A stretch of DNA of 64,000 bases, filler included, from Porpidia crustulata (GCA_964255105.1; 11 parts of 11 records of this genome joined end to end with filler, not necessarily neighbours in it); one strand, 5' to 3'; shown: positions 11,734 through 26,800, counted from the whole stretch's first letter. Notes: a model not told the origin generated them from the sequence alone. Numbers and translations: made by a program.

Positions 11734-14700
11734 TGTGGCGGCCCTCCCTAGGCAAAATAGTGCCAGTCTGACAAAAAGTGCGGCGGCAGGCTTGAGCACG
11801 GGACTGATACAGCTGGGCAGGTCCAACCTGTTAGGTATGTTGCTAGGTACCTTACCGCGCCAACAGCTTTCTATCACCTGCTACCTTCTCGTTTTCTGAG
11901 GTCATAGAATTGTCGACGGCCAGCTGTGTAAATGCAGACGTGCGAATGAGCCATTTCTGAACAAACGACAAACGTTAGCATCTGCCAGGTGATAGGCCGG
12001 GGTTGAAAGCAACATGGGGGTTCGTGATGGAAAGGTAAAGCGCTGTAGGTGGTCGTGAGGTAGTTTGTCGAAGAAGGTAGGTACTCACGTACTGTATTAG
12101 GTACCTAGTCCGGCTATTCTGCCTCCCTGCAGAGTGCTGCGCGCAGAGCTGGTGGCGATGGTAGTCTCCACCAAAATCTTCCTAGTTCCCACGCTTTAGC
12201 AGTAGTTCAATTTCGATAGTGAGGTACTCATAGGCAATTCGAATCCATCAACAGCGCTGTAATAAGCTTGGCTCTTAGGTCGTCCCTTGAATGTTACTGA
12301 AACCACGTCTACGGTTGTATTCTGATCAGTATGAGTACTGGGATTGCGTGCACGATGAGATGCGAACACTTTTCAACCCTAATGTATGTATGTACCGAGC
12401 AGCAGCCAACAGCATTGAGGTTGATGCAACTGCTTACACATGTAGGTCACTCATTTTGTGATTTTCGACTGTGATGTCGGGATGATCTGACCCGAAATGA
12501 GGCAATTTATGCATGTTTTTCACGTGCATACTACTAGACGCTGTTGAGTAGTCGTAGAAGTAGTATCAAATTATTCGTGGGTTGGAAAGACTACTACTTG
12601 AAAACGATAGGTACCTAACCTCCTTTTCATTAGGCCTGATCTGGCATGTACTAGTTAGCAAATGAGCACACTCTTGCTACATAAACGAGGTGCTTTTATG
12701 ATTAGATAGTCTGCTGTTGGTATAGGATCACTTTGAAGTGTGATGGGAAAGTCACTTGCTCTAAAAGCCGAATTATAAGCTTCGCACTGCCCGTCAGTCG
12801 TCACCCTGGTCGCAGAGTCATCAAGGTACGACGGGGGAGGACTCTTGGTCGAGGCCATCGAATTCAGATACTGGCTGACTGGCTGGTTTCAATGGAAGCC
12901 AGTCTTGCCAGTCTAAACCCTCTGCGACCGAAATCCGGGGTCAAGTGTGTTTCTCAAAGACGACCGACTCGTGTCTTGCATGTTGTATCCGCACCGGGGC
13001 CCGTCCTGGGTGGCACACTTGTCCCGATCCTGATTCGGCCTGCCCGCCCACGTCGTTATTGGACAAGCTGGAGCCAAGCAACGTGCAGTGGATCCATGCT
13101 CTGTGCGTTTGGCTCCTGCGAACGGACCAAGGCAGCCGCTGGTCATTTGTTGACCTGGTGGACCACAGCAAAATTGCAAGAGTTCCGAGGACCTTGATGG
13201 CGATCATCTTCAAAGGCAATCACTTTTCCCATCGCTTGCCGACTATCCTGAACTAGATATTCCAATAATCTCTTTCTCTGGCATGAATCAAAATTACGAG
13301 TACTTCGTCCCGAGTACATACTACTACCGTTAGTCGACCATCTAGTGAGAAGTATCTAGTACATACCCACCCGCATCTAGGAAAGTTAATCGCGATGCCT
13401 TGAAATGAAACCCAATGCCATGAAGGACCCTTGTTTTCCTCGCCTTCTGAGCTGTTGCGGTCTGAAGTCCAAGTCTTGGCTGCCTTGCAGCCCTCTCAGA
13501 TAGCCTATGCCGATTATCCATCCGAGGCACATCACGTGGTTCTCAAAATTATTCCAAATCAAATTACAAGCAAAATGGAATCTATGCCGTACTCAGGTGG
13601 ATTAAGAGAATGTAGAAGTTCATGTCGGCTAGCGATTGATTGATGAGACCAATGCCAAGTCTGCAGGTACAGACGACTGAAGACTTCAATCTCATCATTC
13701 CGCCTGCAACGTCCGTTCCAATAGTTGATTGATGATTTTAATTGATACGACAACAGTGGTAGATTATGAACGGAGATCAAGCCAATGGTAAACACCTTTC
13801 GTCATACGGCACCGCGGCACCATTATGCTGTATAATTCGCTGCGAGTCATTGGCATTCTTATTCTACTTTCCGATGATAAGTCTTGCCGTTGGTATCGGC
13901 GGCGCCGCCACTACTAAGAAACAAAGTCTAGAATGAAGGCATTCGTAAGTTCTGATTGGTGTCGAATCGCTCTTCCTTGCTTACAGCCGCAGCGTTCGGC
14001 ATCGACTGTCCACTGAACTTCATGCGCAGCCACAAGAATTGGCCGTCTGACGCAACAGATCCAGCCTTTCTCATCGGCCTGGTTGGACGATCCGAAGCTG
14101 GCCAAATCGGCTATTGATTCATAAAGCTCAGATAGGGACACGACACAAAGACGACTTATGCTGCGAGGTGATGCACCCGCGCATCTGCAATCAATAAACA
14201 TCATGATTTAGAACGATTGCGGTTGGGTGCTTCTCGCAGCCCACTTGGCGTGAACTCTCATCATCCCACCTGTCACCCCACTTGGCGCTGTTTCCCTCCA
14301 TGCATATCGATAACGATAAAATGGCCCTTGAGTCCACGAGTGCAGCCCTCCTTGAAATAATATGTGATGGCCTTGCCTTGGTGGGGCGGAAGTGCTTTGG
14401 AAAGGGTGGAACAAGCTGTTGCCATGAATACTTGCAAGTACTGCAAGATGTACTGATCAAATCTCACGGGAAGTTTGAGAGTGTACTGCCCAATTCTCGA
14501 AGCAACAAAGCTAGCCGACTTCTTGAGTTCCTAGCTTTGATAGAATCGATGACAGGGCCAGAGTGAAGCCTCACGTCTTCGTCAGATTTGCCACAGCAGT
14601 ACTACCTGCCAAGTAGGAGGACAATGGTCGTTATGGTGGCAGCAGGCATTCAGATGAGGCAACTATAATGACCAGGGTTTATATTGATGTGGATGGTATG

Positions 14701-17497
14701 GAGGAGAAAGGGGGCTCCGAGGTAAAAACTCTGCAGCCCGGCTAGCCTGTTAGGGTCAGGAATTAATGACCAACAAACGAACAATGCTAGAAATGCCAGC
14801 AGCATTCAAAATGAGTGTGGAATGCCAACAGAGGATCCGACGACCCATCCCATGACCAAGATTTCGGCGGTACGAGTACGAGAATTGAAGATGACGGTCA
14901 TCACTAGGACGCGGGGAGGTAAGAGACGGATCACGGGCGATACCCCTGAACCGCCGCTTTCCGCTCGACTCTCGAAGAGATATTGCTCCGAAACTTTGAG
15001 ACATTCTGCAAGCCGAGCGGGTATCGATCAATTTAGGTAACTTGTTCATCGGGACGTCGCTTTCTTCGGAATTCGAAATAGAGCTTCTGGAAGCCGAATA
15101 TGGTACTCGGTCAGCTCTGCCGCTACTTATGTAGAAAACCCGAAATGACAGTCCAGGAGTCTCTATTTGTCAAGACTTGGGTTTTCCTGTCTCAAGGCTA
15201 CAGCATTGATATCTGGAGTAAGCTTTCGATCCCCTCAAATTCCCCCAAACGCTGTGGTGCTGCAACATTGTAAGTCTCTCGCTTTGACCCAATCTCCGCA
15301 GCAAGGACAAGCAAATCTCACCAAAGTACATCGAGTGTGCAAAGAAGGTACAGAACTTAAGTTCCGACTATTCCCCGAGTATGTCCTTTTTCGTCAGTAT
15401 CAACATATCTGCTACTCTTTTCGGAGCCATTCGGTAAAGCTTTGTTCTCATCCACTCATTGTTTGTGCTTATATCAACTTGCCTCTGCAAATGTAAGTAC
15501 AAAGCTTGCGTTTGGGCCTCTGGGAATTGAGACTTTATTTACTGGTGTGATTGAAGGTGCGAAGCTATGCTCGAGCCTCGAGCCTCGAGCTCCTGATACT
15601 GTGGCTCTCTCCTAAAATTCTATCCATGGCCTGATATCACACCAGTAGGCATTCGAATCAATCAGAATGGGTCGTATCAACCAGGAACTTTCGTGTCAGA
15701 GGACGTTTGATGCGGAAATTGACTTTATCTACTTGATGCTTTAGCTTCCTATTTACTCACTAGTCGAGTCCAGCACGTTCCTATTTACTGTGCAGCTTTA
15801 ATCTTTGAAATAGCTAGGCCTTCAATATTTTGAGCTTGGCATTGGCTACTCTTCTTCTTCCACTCGTAGGTCGAGATATCTCAACCAAATAGGGATATTC
15901 AAAACGATCTTCTCTCGCCGTTCCAAGGGTTTGGAGAAGAAACCATAGCAAGGCTCCAGGTACCCCGATAGTATGCTGCCATGCATTTTATGTCCGAGCG
16001 ACTATTTAGACTGCTATTCCGTCGATTCTCCACAAGACCTTCGATCATAGCTGGCTAGATTCGAAGAACATCGGAATCCTAGTCCCTCAACCTTCGAGAG
16101 CGATGATTCAAAATCGGATTTTTAAGTCATCACTTCATTCCGTCTGTACTAATTCACCGCTTTCTTATACATAACTCTTATCGTGTTCTCCTGCGGCAGG
16201 CTCCGAAACTGAAGTCTGCTGCCTATTGCTGTTTTTTTTTTTGGAAATTAAACGAAGTACCCATTTAAAACCGGTGAAACGCCGATGATTATAGTAAAGA
16301 CCGCGAAGGAAGTTAAACGCTTGACTCCCTGAATATTTGGATCTCTTTCTTAATCGATGTCTTTCATCTGCTCGATATTTCACCCACCATCCAGCTTCTT
16401 CATCGTACAAGCATGCGTTACATACCACTCGGTGTCTGAGTATGGCTAGCGAAAACGCTGCAATACTATCGATAGGTCATCAATCTAAAGCAGAACTGGC
16501 TTTTTACAAGATATCAAAGCCAATCTTCAACAATAGAGGTGTCTGAAAAGCGACATGAGCCATCATCTCGTTCGTGCGTGATACAGATGGTGGTCGTGGT
16601 ACTTGACTAATGAGACGGCAATGATGAGAATGCTCGACACGTCACTGTTTAAAAGGCTGCGGATGCGGAACACCTCGGGGTCCTACACGGGCTGCAACTG
16701 TTATCTACATTCAAGAGAACAACAGATTACTTCCATTTCGTCTATCCAAAGACCCCTAATCGGCACGATCGGATAGGGGATTTCCATCACAAGGACCATG
16801 AAACTGGATCCGAGGAAACAGACCCACGGCAAAACAGCTTTTTGCAGGACGCATGGTTCAAACCTTCAAAAGAATCATGCCGACTGAATTGGCGCTCACG
16901 GAGTAAACAATTACTCGTATTTCCGATTAAAACTTATCAACCCCCGCCGAACTCTAAGCTCAAAACAACAGATCTCAACCCACACGAGAAAAAAAATGCA
17001 ACACAATCCTTACTCCCTAAAAACCATACCATACCATTCAACTTTTCGCAGCGCTGCCTACCAACCCTGACACCACTTCCCATACCGCCAAGAAAACTCA
17101 CTAAAAATTCTTCTTCGTTCTTCGACAAAAGGGGAGGAAGAAAACCAAATTGCGGGACTCGAATCCGTTCCAAGCTTCTTCTATCACCCGAAATCCCACT
17201 CACTCCCCACCATATCTAAACCCAGCTAAATGCGTTCACTACCTACATCGTATACTGACGCCATAAAATACCCGCATCCTGCGTTGGCGTGCGTGCCGGC
17301 CTCCGAAATCCCTTTTCACATTTTACTATTGTGAAAAGCGAGGAAGGGAGGAAGGAAGATACCAGCTTACTGCCGAAAACATGGCCTTTGCAGCCCTTGG
17401 CAAAGAAGAAGACTTGCTGCGTTGTTATTATTTATGCGTCTCATGCAAAGTGAAAATCCCCCACGCCAAAAAAATTCCATGAAGCACGATCGAACAT

Positions 17498-17597
17498 NNN
17501 NNNNNNNNNNNNNNNNNNNNNNNNNNNNNNNNNNNNNNNNNTTAATTAATTAANNNNNNNNNNNNNNNNNNNNNNNNNNNNNNNNNNNNNNNNNNNN
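17498..17597. other. Artificial contig spacer
   Basis: N44-TTAATTAATTAA-N44. Confidence 0.98.
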
Positions 17598-18073
17598 GGA
17601 TGGTGGCTTCGATTTGGGTCTTGGGGGAGATGGGGGATTGGATGTAGGTGAGGATGGTGGCTTTGATGTGGGGGAAGGGTGGATGGGAGGTAGGTATGTA
17701 ATGGAAGTTGAAAAGAGTAGACGTATTTTCCTGCACGGCTTTCACGCTGTTTCCATGGGATTTTAATACCCTCGACATCCGCCCTGGTACCCCAACGCTG
17801 GAGCGAATATAATGGCTCTCGTCCACAAAACTCTAGCATCCATACCGTGGGAAAATCCTCCTTGAAACCCCCCCAAAAGCAAATATGCCAAAACTCCCCC
17901 AGGATCAACGAGGGAAGCTCCCTCCCCGCTACCCATGCGCGCACAACTTCGTACTCGTAACCATGCCAACGACGCCAGAGGCAGCAACCATGGTATCTCG
18001 CAACATGATAACAGAAAAGTACAGAACAGCAGCTTACATCAAGCCTTGAATAATAATTGCAAGCCCAAGAGAT

Positions 18074-19948
18074 CTAATTCAAGATACTCGCCATTTTGGG
18101 CGGCGTGGTGGTCGGCGAGACAATCTCCACGCTCATGCGTTTCAATCGATCCGGAGCCTCTGGGGTTGACTCCGGGGGGTCCGGGGGCGGATCCGAGGCG
18201 TCTACATGCTTCAGGAGATTCGGGAAGAGAGGTTTTGGGGGCTGGGAGGAGGTAGTCGGATTCGGACGCAAAGGGCCGTTGTTGCGCGCGGCTTGCGGGG
18301 AGATGGGCGCCATAGCTTTGTAGAGCTCATTGTCGCTGGTGATGGGGGTCGCGGGAAATTTCTTTTTCTCGGGGATTTGCGGGGCCTTGGTGACTTTAAA
18401 GGACATGTTGATTTTGGCGGTTAGGGACTGTTTTGAAGATTTTGCGACGGCCGCTTTGCTAGTTTGCTTTTTGGGATCGGCTTTTGGTCTTCCAGCTTTC
18501 GTGATGCCTTTGATCGTCGAGGTATCTTTCCCCTGCATCGGTTTGGGACCTTTGAGTCTGAGGAGGATCTTTGGCTTTGGACGTGGGCTTGCGGCTGGAG
18601 TGAGCAGGGCGTTGGAGAAACGCTTTTTCGTTGGTGATTGAATAATCACTTCCACCTCACTCTGCTGTTTGGCGCTTTCGGCCTCGGATTCCGTGCAATT
18701 CTTGTGGTCAATGCCATTATCATTCCACTTCCTCATCTTCGCATGATCCGCAACTTTATCGCAATCCCCCTCCACAATCAGATCCCAGCAATTCTCAAAC
18801 TCCTTGCCCACAGGTGGCGGTCCACGGTTTATCCATACCGCCAGACCATCTTTCCTTCCCCTTACGACACCACACATCTCCCTTACTATCCTCCTGACAC
18901 CTGGAATTTTCATGCTCGTTCCCACTACGATGACGGCGTCTGGTCTAGTCCGGAGGTCCGCACTCACAATATTACCGATGGCTTCCTCGTCTGGATTGTG
19001 CTCATTGTAAAGGACAATCCTTGGCCGGAGTCTACCAATGCCATGACTTCGCTTGCCAGCATGATCAGTGCGCACTTTGTCCATTTCAACGCACATTCTA
19101 CACAGAGGTGGTACAGGACCGTTGAATAAGGCGGGTTCGAAGTCCGATAGGATATTGCACTTCGAACAAACCATTTTCTCAAGACCTCCATGCAATTGAA
19201 TTGTTCGTGGCCATGGTCCTTTGCCGCTGAGGGGCACGCTAGTTTCCAATGGTGGCATTGAGGTATCAATTCCATCCACATTCTGTGTGTATAATCGCAT
19301 AAGTCGGCCTTCACTAGCAAGTGCGGCTAGCATGTGATGGAAAGCTGTGGGCTTGGCGTCGCTTACGAGCTGCGAAAGCGAGCGTACCATATCATGAAAC
19401 GAGGAAGTCGAGGAATCTGTCTGGTAGACCGACGCATCGAATAGATGCTTTCCCGAAGCCTTGAGCTTATGCTCACTCCTCAGGCTAGTGAAGAGGCCGG
19501 TAGATGATCGAAAGTCTGGTACTGTGGGATATCAGTCATGCTTAATGCAGTGGGAAATCCAATCACACGTACTACCGGCAGAAACAGATATACCGGCTCC
19601 TGCAATTACCACAATTTTTTGCCGTTTTTGCAATACTTTGAGCAGGAGATTGAGCTGCGCTGATTGGGCAGGTGCAGAATCACCCAGAGAAGAATGTAGG
19701 TAGAGATGCTCGGTCGTTCTTAGCTTGGCTTCAACTTTCCTTCTCTTCTTTGTTGGGGGTGCATCTTCGGGTTCCCGCGATCGTTTCCGGGATGGCGGTT
19801 GACTTGCTGGTGTGCTGCTAACGTAATCTTGAGAAGAGACTGGCGAGGGATAATCGGCCGGTGGAGGCGACAGAGATCCCACCGAACTCAAGTCAGAGGA
19901 CAGATCAGACGAGCTGACGCTGTCCCTGGTCGCGAAGGCCGAAGTCAT
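18074..19948 (-). CDS. HST4: NAD-dependent deacetylase, Hst3/Hst4 sirtuin class (~607 aa)
   Basis: GAGISVSAG|IPDFRS across intron 19522-19572, LYTQNVDG, QLHG, CxxC...CxxC, LRPRIVLYNE and VVGTSMKIPG. Confidence 0.9.
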
Positions 19949-20760
19949 GTTTAGACTAGAATAGGATTGCATTCCTATGGCGAAGCATGTGGCATTGAAA
20001 AGAGATGTTTTGGCGAGATCTTCATAAGGATGTTGGCGCAGCAGATAACGATTCCAAGATTGGTGAAGGTGTTGTTTTGGAGAAAGTGAATAGGTAAGTG
20101 GGTCAATAGTAGGAGAGGTTGTGGGTTGTGGATGGTTTGCGGTACCACGTTCGAGAATGGCGGAGACAATGGAGGCTGCTGTGGCTAGCCTATCCGGCGC
20201 GACAAGGTAATTAATGTCTAGGTAGGCCCAGGTACGCAGATCTGTTGTATGATTGAGCAGCGTCACGGCGGGTGAATCGGCTGGGGATTCGCCGAGACCC
20301 TGAAAACTAGCTCAAAGTTTCATATTGTTTGTTTACACCTCCTCATCAAGAGCTAACCCTTTACAGACATTTACGAAGTTGAAGTGGTTTCTGCTTACCT
20401 CTACAAGTTTTGATATTCTTACGACTATCTATCCACAAATTCATCGTCAACCTCTACAAACGGTAGCCCTGGCGAATATACCGGATTCCAGTCCAGGTAT
20501 TTTGCTTGAACCCCCAAAGACGGAAAACAACATGTGAAAACGATGGCTTATTTCAACAACAATGTAAAATGTGCTTAGTTTGAGTTTATTCTATTTCATT
20601 TTCCTCAAAATCAATGGATTGAATAAGTAGACGAAGACAAGCTCTCTATTCATTTTAAACTTTCGCTACTTCAACTATGCTTCATACGTAGCATGTGTTT
20701 TGACTCGTTATTGTGCTTGAAAAAAACCTTTACGTTCAATTTGCTTTAATACTGATTATT

Positions 20761-23361
20761 ATGCCCATGATGATGGACGACCTCGACGACCTGTTTGGTG
20801 ATGCTCAACCGTTACAAACTACTTATTCTCAACCAAAGGGCCTACTGCAGTATGAAGACAATACTCGGCTTAGTGGCTGCTGCCAGTACGTTCTATGTCA
20901 TCAATGTATATTTTGGCTAAACTCGTCCTAACATTTTCCAGGAAAGTAGCTTGGTCCAAGTCTGGGTGCATAGCCTATATGACTCAGGAAGGACGCTCTG
21001 TCAATCTACAGCATCTAGCATGCAGTCCACAAGATGGTCAATGGGGTTTAGGTACACCCCATACGGCCGAGACAGTCTCCACAATGCATAGTGACCATCA
21101 ATTGGTTCACCTGTGCTGGAACCATTCCGGAATGGAATTGGCGATCGTCGATGTTTTCGGTCGGATATCTATCTTTATGATCACAAGTGCTCTCAATCGG
21201 ATTGCCGCTATCAGACGATGTGTACTCGATCCCGAAGATAATACAAGCGCCGTAATTGGACTCATGTGGCTGCATACCGAAAAATCGGTAGAACTTTGCT
21301 AGGACCTAGAAGCAGATACTGATGGCTGACGTATATCCTAGTATACATTGTATCGTCCTGCAACAAAGAAAGAAGGACAATGGGAGTACTCATGCTCTCA
21401 GCACAAATTGATGGGGCCGCACAACCCCAACAGCAACAAGCCTGCCTTGGTAGCTGTTACGAGAAGCGGCCTCATAAAGCTCCTCTTCCAGAACCAAGGC
21501 GGGCAGTGGCAAGACACTAGGACTGAGTTTGATGGCGTCTCCGCCTTTTCTGGACTGCTCACTCATGCATCACTGTGCGCGGATAAAGGTATAGATGTGC
21601 TGCAAACCTTCAAAGTAGACGCTGATGCGAGACGTTAGACAATACGCTGCTACTCGCAACACATTCATTCGATGAAGAGCTCCGGCTATATCGAGTCGGC
21701 ATTGATTTCACTGAGCCGACATTCAACATCCAACATGTGAAGACCGTGGAGGACTGCTCCCCTGTGGATGTAGATAGCACTCAGATCACGCATTTAGAAT
21801 TGGTCCCTCCGGGACCAGAGACTCGAAATAGGGGACCGACGCCTCCATACATACTTGCGGCTTTCTCTCGTGCTGCGGATCAATTTCAAGATATACAAAT
21901 CCAAGAGGAATCGGTAAGCGTGCTTGCGAGATGGGAGTTGGGCACTCTGAAACCAACATTACACCCAACTTTTACACAACTAGTTTCGAAGAGACCGAAC
22001 ATCACTCCTGCTGCGGATCTGCCGGTAAGGCCCTTCCGTGCTTCCACTGCGGCCAGCCCCTGACAAGAACCTTAGCCTGAGGTAGTATATCTGAAAAGAG
22101 TGAATGATGTATCCGTTAACAGGATTCTCGTTTCCGTTCAGCAAATATGCTTAAGTACCGTCCTGGTCTTGACATACAGCGATGGCGTTATAGAGTTCCG
22201 GGATAGGATCAGCATGGAGGTTCTCCCTCGAGATGAGACAATGGACCAAGTGTCAAGCCTTGGTCAGGTTGGATTCGACTTCCCTGAAACAGGGCCTCGT
22301 GAGTTTTCTATGACACAGCATCTTATTCTACAGAAATTACTGACGCTAAGGTAGACTTACATAGCGCCTTATCGCCAAATGGATGTGCGGTTGTTGCTCT
22401 TAACAAGACCAATGACCTAAAGTTAGGATTAATGCAAATACCAAATGAAAGCACTGCTGAAGTTCTGGATAAATGTCTGTGACTAGTCCTCGGACCAAAA
22501 TGCATTACTGATCGACTCTAGCGGTTATCGAAGCTATCACCGAAGCTTTTGTCTTGCAATTCTCAATCGCCAGCACAAACCACGGTAACCAACAGGATGA
22601 CCTTCTGGCAGTAATGCAGCTATTCTCCAAACATCACAGCCTTAACCCGCTACAACTCAATAAGACTGCCAGCAATATAGATCACACTTTCCTATACGAA
22701 ATGTATAGAGTTCTCGGCACGAATGTGGACTATTCGTTGGAATCCAACATGGAGTCTTTGTTTAGAAACCAGATGATCCAACGCTTCCTGAGCATGCAAG
22801 TGTCTCTCAGCTACGCAGGAGAAGAGAAACATCGATCTTTGCCGGCGAAGATTGCCTGGACGATTCTCAATCTACGTTTCATTGCGTTGTGCTTTACCTT
22901 TGTCTTCAAGAAACCTATCGGACCAGGACCAGCACCACCCGGTACCGAGAACGATCCTAAACAGCCAGGTACGTTTTGGCTTACCACGTTGATAACTCAT
23001 CTTCTCATTCGAATTGTAGATTCCATTCGGTCTTTGTCCGGTATCTGTTCCTGGACCATGATGCTAATCAACTTTATCGTCGATGATCTCCTCGCTCTCA
23101 TTCCTCTCAGCGAACGTTCAACTCCCCTGACTCTCGCTTCGCTTTCTGCTAAAAGTATACCTTCCGCATCATCCCATCCTACCCCAATCATAGTGTAGAA
23201 ATATATCTGCTAATAACGGTTTCCACATCAAAGTCCACACCCTCAACACCCCCTGCCTTTCACTCCTCCTCACCTCCTCCGCCCGCCAGTTCCTCAAATA
23301 TAACACCCGCTATATGCGCTCTCTCTCCGACCAAGCTCACAACCCCGCCACCCCCCACCCG
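20761..23361 (+). CDS. MED16: Mediator subunit 16 (Sin4), multi-exon, 3'-truncated
   Basis: MPMMMDDLDDLFGD...GCCQ|KVAWSKSGCIAY, HLCWNHSGMELAIVDVFGRISI, GPHNP...ALVAVTRSG, THASLC and YSDGVIEFRDR. Several canonical introns. Confidence 0.85.
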
Positions 23362-23461
23362 NNNNNNNNNNNNNNNNNNNNNNNNNNNNNNNNNNNNNNN
23401 NNNNNTTAATTAATTAANNNNNNNNNNNNNNNNNNNNNNNNNNNNNNNNNNNNNNNNNNNN
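23362..23461. other. Artificial contig spacer
   Basis: N44-TTAATTAATTAA-N44. Confidence 0.98.
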
Positions 23462-23805
23462 GTTGGTGGGTGTGGGTTTGGTGTATGTGTTTGAGACGGA
23501 GGGCCCGGGGGAGAGCTGTGGGTGGTTTTGCGAGAGTGGCCACGTTTTACCTCCAATGGGCTGAAGGGCTAGCTATGGTTAGAGAACGGAATTTTCTGGC
23601 CTCTCGATGGCGGTGGATTTCTTCTTCTGCGCTTAAGAATTCCTTGCATTGTGAAATCCGTGGGATTGACGGGAGTCGATGATCGTAGAGGAGAGGTATT
23701 GGAAGGCTCTTCTACTGAACGGGAACGCCTGCTCCGTGCCTCTGAACAGTAGTCATGAAAGCTTCCAGTCCGAAAGCAGTATCGCAAAATCCTGCATCAT
23801 TGATT

Positions 23806-26800
23806 TCACTGAACTTTTTCGATATGTGACCCAATAGCATCACACTTCTCAATCAACATCGAAGCAACCTGCAGGTTCTCCGCACTACTCAGCGCTTTCG
23901 TGATCATAGCTTCGCTCTTCTCGTGGAGCAGCCGCCTAAGCGCTCTGACCAAGAATCCCGAGACCAGGTCTACCGACCACGACTCAGGAATGAGCTCGAG
24001 CACTTGTCGCACGTCGTACCACGATCCGAATCGCTCAAGAAGCTCGCTGGTACGCTCGAATCTATCGCTAGCATCCTCTATACGGAGGAACTCGGACAGT
24101 AGATGGTCGAATAAATTCGCTTGTTCGTCTCGCGAGGGAGCAGCAATCGCAGCCACGGGCCCTGATATTGGGTGGAAGATACTAGCTCCGCCCAGGAGAC
24201 AGTAATTAATGGCGGTGTGGTAATCCCCTAACCCGTGGGTAAGTAACCGTAGAGCTTGCTGGTGACGACCTTGACGGCCGTCGATGATGATGGATTCAGG
24301 GACAAGGTCTTCTTCAAACGGCTCGATGCGAGCCAGAATCTTGCCGACATCGTAAGAAAAGTCTGCACCGTGGCTACCTCCAAGGAGCTCGAGGAGACGG
24401 AGACGGTCGTGCCACCATGTGACGGGGGCTTCGTTTTCGATGATGAACTGGCGATATGTCGGCTTAGGTGGTCGGAGAGCTCGGTAAGATTCGTATGTTT
24501 GTGCGAGAATAGCTCGAGCGTCGTTGGAGCTACTCAAAACTGCAAGCACGTTGTCGAGATAGTAGGATATGAGATCGTTTGCATACAGGACGTTCTTCTT
24601 GCCAAAGACGAGATGCTCGAGGTAAACCTTTACAGCGTCCGGGGCTTGTCGTTTGAGCAGCTGTACCACCTCGTGAGGCTCCATTTTGACTCTACTGGTA
24701 TCGTCCGTGAAAACCTGGACTCCAAGCTTTGGATTCCGCTTGGCAAGCCAGGTGGCATATTCGTGGAGTAGGTTGATATCTTTTATCTTCCCAAGATATT
24801 TACGAACTTCGTTCTCTCCGTCCCTTAACTCGCCGCCGCCGTCATCTCTCTCACCGTCAGTAATTCTTCGCCATGTTTCGAGAACTTTCCCGGACATCTT
24901 GCGGCTCTGGTACAATCTACTGAGTAGATAAAGACGGTGGTAAGTTTCTAAAAGTGTAACCGCGCGATCAAAGCATTCGACACCAGAATCCACGAGTGCA
25001 TATAGCTCTTTTCGGGCTGAGGATGGTACGGAAGATTTTCTTGTGTTCTGCCTATCCTGTTCGAGTAGTACACGCAGTAGGGTAGCATCAACAGTCTGGA
25101 AGACTTGAACTTCGTCTGCTATGCTACCAAATCCTTTGCGATGTCGCCAGGCCAAAAGATACCTCTTGATAAAATTCGTAATCTCTGAATTGCCTTGGTC
25201 ATGCCTTTCTCCCACCTCTGGGCTGCCAGACATTAGGGACCAATAGTGCTCCAAAATATAGATTAACCCTGTATGTATCCAAACTCCTCTGGGACCTTCG
25301 ATGATTTCTTTGCGTAATTGGGGTATCAAGGAGAGCATCACACGTGGGTCTACGCCACTTTCCATCATCAGATCTTCCGTAATACGCTTATCCGCGCCTT
25401 CTATGGTAGTCATGATGGATGGTCGAGCGAGGAGATCAGCAAATAGTATCAGACTTGATTTTTGACGTATGTATTCCAGGCTTAAGAATCCTGTCTCCGT
25501 GCTTGGTTCTTGGCCTCGAATGCTGTTCACAATTTTGATGATCTGAAATCGGTCTATAGAAGTAGTAGGACTATTTTCAAGATATGTTTGGATGATGTGA
25601 TTGATGGTGGCATCCAGCCTCATGGCAAGTGGATTTCGGACAGCCCACCAGATTGAGGATCCAGACCAAACCGCAATATGGCTCGTTCTTCCTCCAAGTC
25701 GTCGACCAAATTCGACCTCCTCTTGTATTCTGTTCTTTTCCCATTGCGCCAAGGTTCTTTCAGGTTCTTGTCCTGCTGCTGATGAATTGTCTGCACTATT
25801 ACCAGAAAACCGTACTCGTGTTGCTCGCAAGATCTTGCCCACTTCTGGGAAGGGAACAGTGACTGCAGTCTGGAGCACCCGAAGGTCGACTTTGCTGTTT
25901 GGGGCTGGCTCGTGATCTTTGCCATTTCCCTGCGCATTCTTGGGCGCGGGAATAGTAAGCCACTCTTTGCTCTCGTTACCGTCCATATCCCACCTTTGAA
26001 CTTCTATAACACACTTCTCTGTTTCTCCTTCTGCCTGCATCATGGCAGCAAGCACAAATCCTTCATGATCTTGGTCTGCATTACCCACCGAAGGTTCGAC
26101 TTCAATACCGCGGCCGTCTACAACAACGGCACTAGGATAGCGACTAAATTCCACAGTCCCACGAACGACATCACCATCAAGATTAACAAATATACCAACG
26201 CCAGGCTCTGTAGGAGCAGTACCAGTTGTCAGTAGAAACTCTGTAGGTGTCGGGGAGCATATATGTGGCGTCAAACTGTGTTTGGGCTTCTTCAGTGGCG
26301 ATGAATCGCTAGGACCACTGGCTTCGTCGGGGGTTGGTGGCAAAGGTTTTTCGGGGGGTTGGACTGCTCTGTTGGGGCTATCGGCTGCTCTCGAGTCACT
26401 TCTATTGTGAGATGAAGTTCGTGATGGTGAATTGTCCCTGACACTGGGCTCTGGAGTAATGAGGCCCGACTTATCTTGGCCCCTTGCCTGTGGGCTTTGC
26501 TGTCGTCGTTTGAGACTACTCGCAAATGTACCAAGACTCGTAACCCTATTATGGCCTTTCGTGTCCACAGGACCTCCACCAGAAGTAGGACGATTCTGAG
26601 CTCTATCTTGAGAGACAGGGTCATTGGCTGGAGAGATATCTTCTACTTTCCCGCCCCCAGTATTTTGATCCAAGGACGAAATAGGAAAGAGAGATATTTT
26701 TTGCTGGTTGTCAACATCAAGCAGGGCATATGAGTGAGCATCGGCCACACAAGCAAAGTTATCGCGACGAGTAGCCATAAGACATCCAGGATATTCTATA

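Noticed and set aside
15570..15590. (CTCGAGC)x3 tandem repeat
   Set aside because: Too short and isolated; ordinary slippage.
17312..17338. Hairpin CTTTTCACA...TGTGAAAAG
   Set aside because: A 9-bp stem with no supporting ncRNA or transposon context; expected by chance in 64 kb.
19949..20266. Upstream extension of the sirtuin ORF from a GTG start
   Set aside because: No recognisable similarity or targeting character. ATG 19948 gives a normal Hst4-like N-terminus.
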